Of a stretch of DNA of 64,000 nt, positions 60,385-64,000 are shown one piece after another. A model generated the notes under the pieces. That model was not told where the DNA came from and ran no database searches. It saw only the letters and a list, made by a program, of their open reading frames with translations. A program made the position numbers and the translations under genes. Each line of letters opens with the position of its first letter. Position 1 is the stretch's first letter. Source of the DNA: Selaginella moellendorffii (Eukaryota > Plantae > Lycopodiophyta). The DNA is taken from the NCBI RefSeq assembly GCF_000143415.4, contig NW_003314344.1, positions 566,336-630,335 on the forward strand. Reading direction: 5' to 3'.

Positions 60385-61006
60385 TTCACTTCCTAAGCCC
60401 AGTACTATTTAAATCTAAGAATGCTTAACCCCAAATATCCCAAAAAATTAAGGATGCATCTTTCCCTCTATATTTAAACCTTTAAAAATTATATTTTGAG
60501 TTATTCTTTTTTGGTTTCTTACAATCTATCATGCTTCTTTATAAATTTATAATCCACCAAGCTTTCTAATAAATTCACACCCTTGTGGATTGAAGTTGAG
60601 AGCTACCCCACTCTCGTGGCCCTCGGGTCAAGGCAAGCTAAACATAAACTGGACCTACTATATATTAATCTCAATATGTGCCTTAGTTAAACACTTGACC
60701 CTTTAGGTTAAGGCTAACTAGAGGCAAACTAGATTTACCATATGTCAATCTTAACATGTAATATGATTCCTCTAGCCAACTAATAGAGTTATACTTGAGA
60801 CCCTTTTGATATCAAATGAAAACTCTTAAATTTGGACTTTCTAAGAAGTCACCCAGTTTAGTATTATTCAAACCCAAGGATGCTTAACCCTAAATATCCC
60901 AAGACCTTTAACTAATTGAAAAATGAAATGCACTCTTATTCATAGCCCTTTCCCTTTATATTTAAACTAGATTATATTTTGAATCATTCTCTTTTGATTA
61001 CTAACA
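60385..61006 (-). mobile_element. Degenerate Cassandra-type TRIM inside the second Gypsy copy
   Basis: Two eroded LTR copies (CCCAG..TAGTA..ATTCAAACCCAAGGATGCTTAACCC) flanking an interior homologous to 42653-42855. Confidence 0.8.
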
Positions 61007-61609
61007 AGTAGATCAAGTTGAGCATGTTGTGGCCAATCTTTTGTTAATATCTTCTAGGACTTATGCATATACTTGACATATCCACTTTTGATGACGCTCT
61101 TCAACAAGCATAATATTATAAAACATCCTCCCATTTATAGTTACTCCATTTCCTGTGGGAGATGCTTCTGTTCCAATGGAAATTGATGTTGTTGTGTTTA
61201 AAAATAAGGGTGATTACGTGGTTGTGGTTCATTGGTGGGTGTATGATAAAGTTGGCTATATATATTGGTGTTGTTAGTGTTTCCCAGATTGACATCTTCC
61301 ATTTCCAAGGTGGCCACTTTGGTATGAATAATGTCTTGTTGCTGCTACTATAGTGGAAGGTTTTGACATAAAGATACTTTTGGGAAACAAGGAGTTACGT
61401 GAGTAGTGAAGAGACATTAAGTGAATAAATCAATGACCCCTCTATATTTTTTTCAAGAGTACCATTAAGGGGTTTATTTGGCACAAATTCATTAGTGTTC
61501 ACTTTCCAAGGTTGTTTTTATAACAAGAGATCCTATGTTATCCTCTTCATATTTGTCAATATAAGTTTAAGTTTATCTTTAATTGTTCAGCTTATTGCCA
61601 CATATTGCC

Positions 61610-61750
61610 ATATAAGCAACCAAAAAGAATGATATAAAGTTTAAATATAAAGGGAAAGGGCCCATGAATAAAAACACACCCTTTTTTTTCAATTGATTAA
61701 AGGTTTTAAAATACTTAAGGTTAAGTGTCTTTAAGTTTAAATAGTATTGA
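61610..61750 (+). mobile_element. Truncated Cassandra-type LTR
   Basis: TAAGCAACCAAA..AGGGAAAGGGCCCATGAATAA..GGTTAAG matches the 42459 LTR. Confidence 0.78.
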
Positions 61751-62642
61751 CATACATATGTGTATGTGTGAATAAAATGGACCTACAATGTGTATGTAAA
61801 TGAGGTGGACCTAATTGTATATATGGGTGATCTTGAGCTTGAGCTCTAAATATTGTAGGTAGTGCCAAGTTAAGCTTGTAACCTCATCCTTAGTATAACA
61901 CAATCATGTTAAATATGACTTTGAAATTTCTCCTTCTTGTCTTATACTCTTTCTTCCTTCATTATTTTCTTTTTATTTTTTTACTCCAATTAAGGATTAT
62001 AGCATATGTGGTTTTCACCTTTTATCCTATAGTGATTTACTATAGGATAATCACAAAGTAGAACTTAAACCTTCTATATGCCATGTGTCATATGCCATGA
62101 GTCATTTACCAAGTGCCACATGCCACATGTCCAAAGATAGCAAAGCAGAACTTGAGTTTCAGGGCCTTGGGCCATTAAATGAAAGAACAAAGCCAAATTC
62201 CTAAGCTTGTACCCAAGGAGCGAAGGAATTAGAGCATGAAATGATTGTTGAGTATTCAGCCTAAGAAGTGAAAAGATAGGAGCACTGAGTGATATTGAAA
62301 CAGTTTTAAAGCTTCAAGCATCCAAATGCCAGGACCAGTATATAAAATAGAGCCAAATAGAGTCTAGTGCTATTTCAGCATATTGGTGGTTTAATGCGAG
62401 GATATAGGTACTCCACTAGCTAGTATGGTATGGAATTTGAGCTTAGCTTTAAGTGTAAATCACAAATTTTTTCTTTCCAATTTGCTAGTTTACCTTATTT
62501 ATTTGACCACTATTGCTTTAGCCTTAGTTAAATTCCCTTGCGAAGGTTCCCACCTATTGTACCAGCTATTATTTGGTCCTATTTGATTTCAATTATCCAT
62601 CTATTTATTCCCAATTTCTTTCCCAATCCCCCTCCCTAAATT

Positions 62643-62858
62643 AGATTGAACTTAAGGTTTGGTTACACTTCTCACAAGTATAAGCAACTAAGCACACAAA
62701 GCTAGCACTTTCATTTCCGCACTAAATCTACCAATCCTTCTATTGTGTATAGATTGAACTTAAAATTTGGTTACACTTCTCACAAGTATAAACATCTAAG
62801 CACACAAAGCCAACACCTCCATTTCCGCATTGAATTTATCAATTCTTCCATTGTGTAG
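62643..62858. repeat. Tandem duplication of ~108 bp
   Basis: AGATTGAACTTAA..TTTGGTTACACTTCTCACAAGTATA..CACACAAAGC occurs twice head-to-tail. Confidence 0.85.
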
Positions 62859-63072
62859 ACCAGTTATTCCATGTGAGGCAACTAGTCATCCACCCGTACC
62901 GCAGTCCCACGGTGGATACCTTCGTCTGTGGATACTTCACATAAGAGGAAGGACGTACACATGGATGCCCAATACGTACAATTTCAAATTTAGGGGTAGG
63001 AATATACCTTACTCAAGGGTATATTATATTTTAAGTAGCCATTAATCAATGGGAATCAAACCCGTGCCATTT

Positions 63073-63707
63073 GCTCCGATACTACATGTAACGCACCTTA
63101 GCTCTTTCCCCTTAAACCAACTGGAAAAGGGGCAATTACTTGATGAAAGAGCCCTTAGTGACTATTTTATCCCTATTTATCCCTCAAGGTTCCAAAGATC
63201 CACAGTGACAGTATATTCAAATCTCATCCCATGATCACATGCGCTACAAACAAGACTTGATCATGTGACCCTCTAAATCCTAAGTTTTAAGTGCATCACT
63301 TGCTTCGAAATCCAGGGGGAAACACCATGGCCTAACAACCCAGTATAGGTACCCTTACTCCCCTACTTCCATCTTAAAGGGAATGTAATGCACCTTATCT
63401 CTCTCTTCTTAACCCAACTGGAAAAAGGGCAATTGCTTGATAAGAGAGCTTTTAGTGGCTATTTTATCCCTATTTATCTCTCAAGGTTCCAAGGATCCAC
63501 GGTGACAGTATATCCAAATCTCATCCCATAATCACATGCGCTACACTCACCCCCCCTTATCTCTCTCCTCTTAAGCCAACTGGAAAAAGGGCAATTGCTT
63601 GATGAAAGAGCCCTTAGTGGCTATTTTATCCCCATTTATCCCCCAAGGTTCCAAAGATCTACAGTAACAATATATCCAAATCTCATCCCATGATCACATG
63701 CGCTACA
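63073..63707 (-). mobile_element. Cluster of three ~162-bp LTRs of another short-LTR/TRIM family
   Basis: TG..CA units at 63087-63248, 63384-63545 and ~63555-63707; minus-strand Met-PBS-like TAGTATCGGAGC at 63073-63084; PPT-like GGGGGGTGAG at 63546-63556. Confidence 0.7.
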
Positions 63708-64000
63708 GCAAAGGCCTAAGCCCTTAGGAAGGAGTGAGGATCAATGAGTTGCACTCAAGTGGGGCACCACTCCACTTGAATTAGGAGCACTGCAGTTGGT
63801 TTCCCTTTAGGGAGTGGAAGCTTGAGCACTTCCTTGGGTGGCCTCTCCAACACTACTCGAGTCTATGCTCACTCTCACGCAAAGTCCCTAAACCCCAGTC
63901 TCAACCTCAAGTTCGTTTAGAAACACCACTAACGAGTTCCTTTAAAACTGGTTCTTAGACTTCACTATCGCTACTATACTTTTGGAACCCCCTACAGCCC

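Larger units (their letters stand above)
59830..61960 (+). mobile_element. Second, heavily eroded copy of the same Gypsy family (LTR, gag, protease)
   Basis: LTR end ..CACTCACA at 59987 followed by a PBS-like TTAGTGAAAGTGAGG; colinear with 40560-42300 (e.g. GTTCCAATGGA, CTTGAGCTTGAG) but AT-shifted. Confidence 0.85.

Overview
Compact, intron-rich land-plant nuclear DNA. The ~45-60 nt introns, short-repeat PLS PPR genes and gene content suggest a lycophyte such as Selaginella (inference). Host genes: UDP-glycosyltransferase, SYP61-type syntaxin, three divergent GAE-like epimerase/SDR copies (one frameshifted), a broken aspartic protease, a large USP9X/24/34-type deubiquitinase, RBOH, an SMP-C2 synaptotagmin-like gene head-to-head with MPP-alpha, an F-box gene, a 114-aa secreted Cys-rich peptide absent from the ORF track, a 673-aa low-complexity ORF and a PLS-E PPR. 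There are also several pseudogene fragments (PPR, U11/U12-65K). Mobile DNA: a hAT remnant cut by a probable LTR, a decayed AT-rich element (8.5-12.3 kb), and a full-length Ty3/Gypsy element (40514-52918). Nested in that Gypsy are 5S-bearing Cassandra-type TRIMs and a 6.7-kb TIR DNA transposon (44207-50947). A second eroded Gypsy copy with more Cassandra remnants and a separate short-LTR cluster end the window. The best candidate for an undescribed system is the nested TIR transposon. It encodes a ParB/Srx-like (GQH) protein and carries about 11 copies of a 20-bp palindrome (TGGCRTGWGGCCWCAYGCCA), several inside that gene's own introns, which is reminiscent of ParB-parS.
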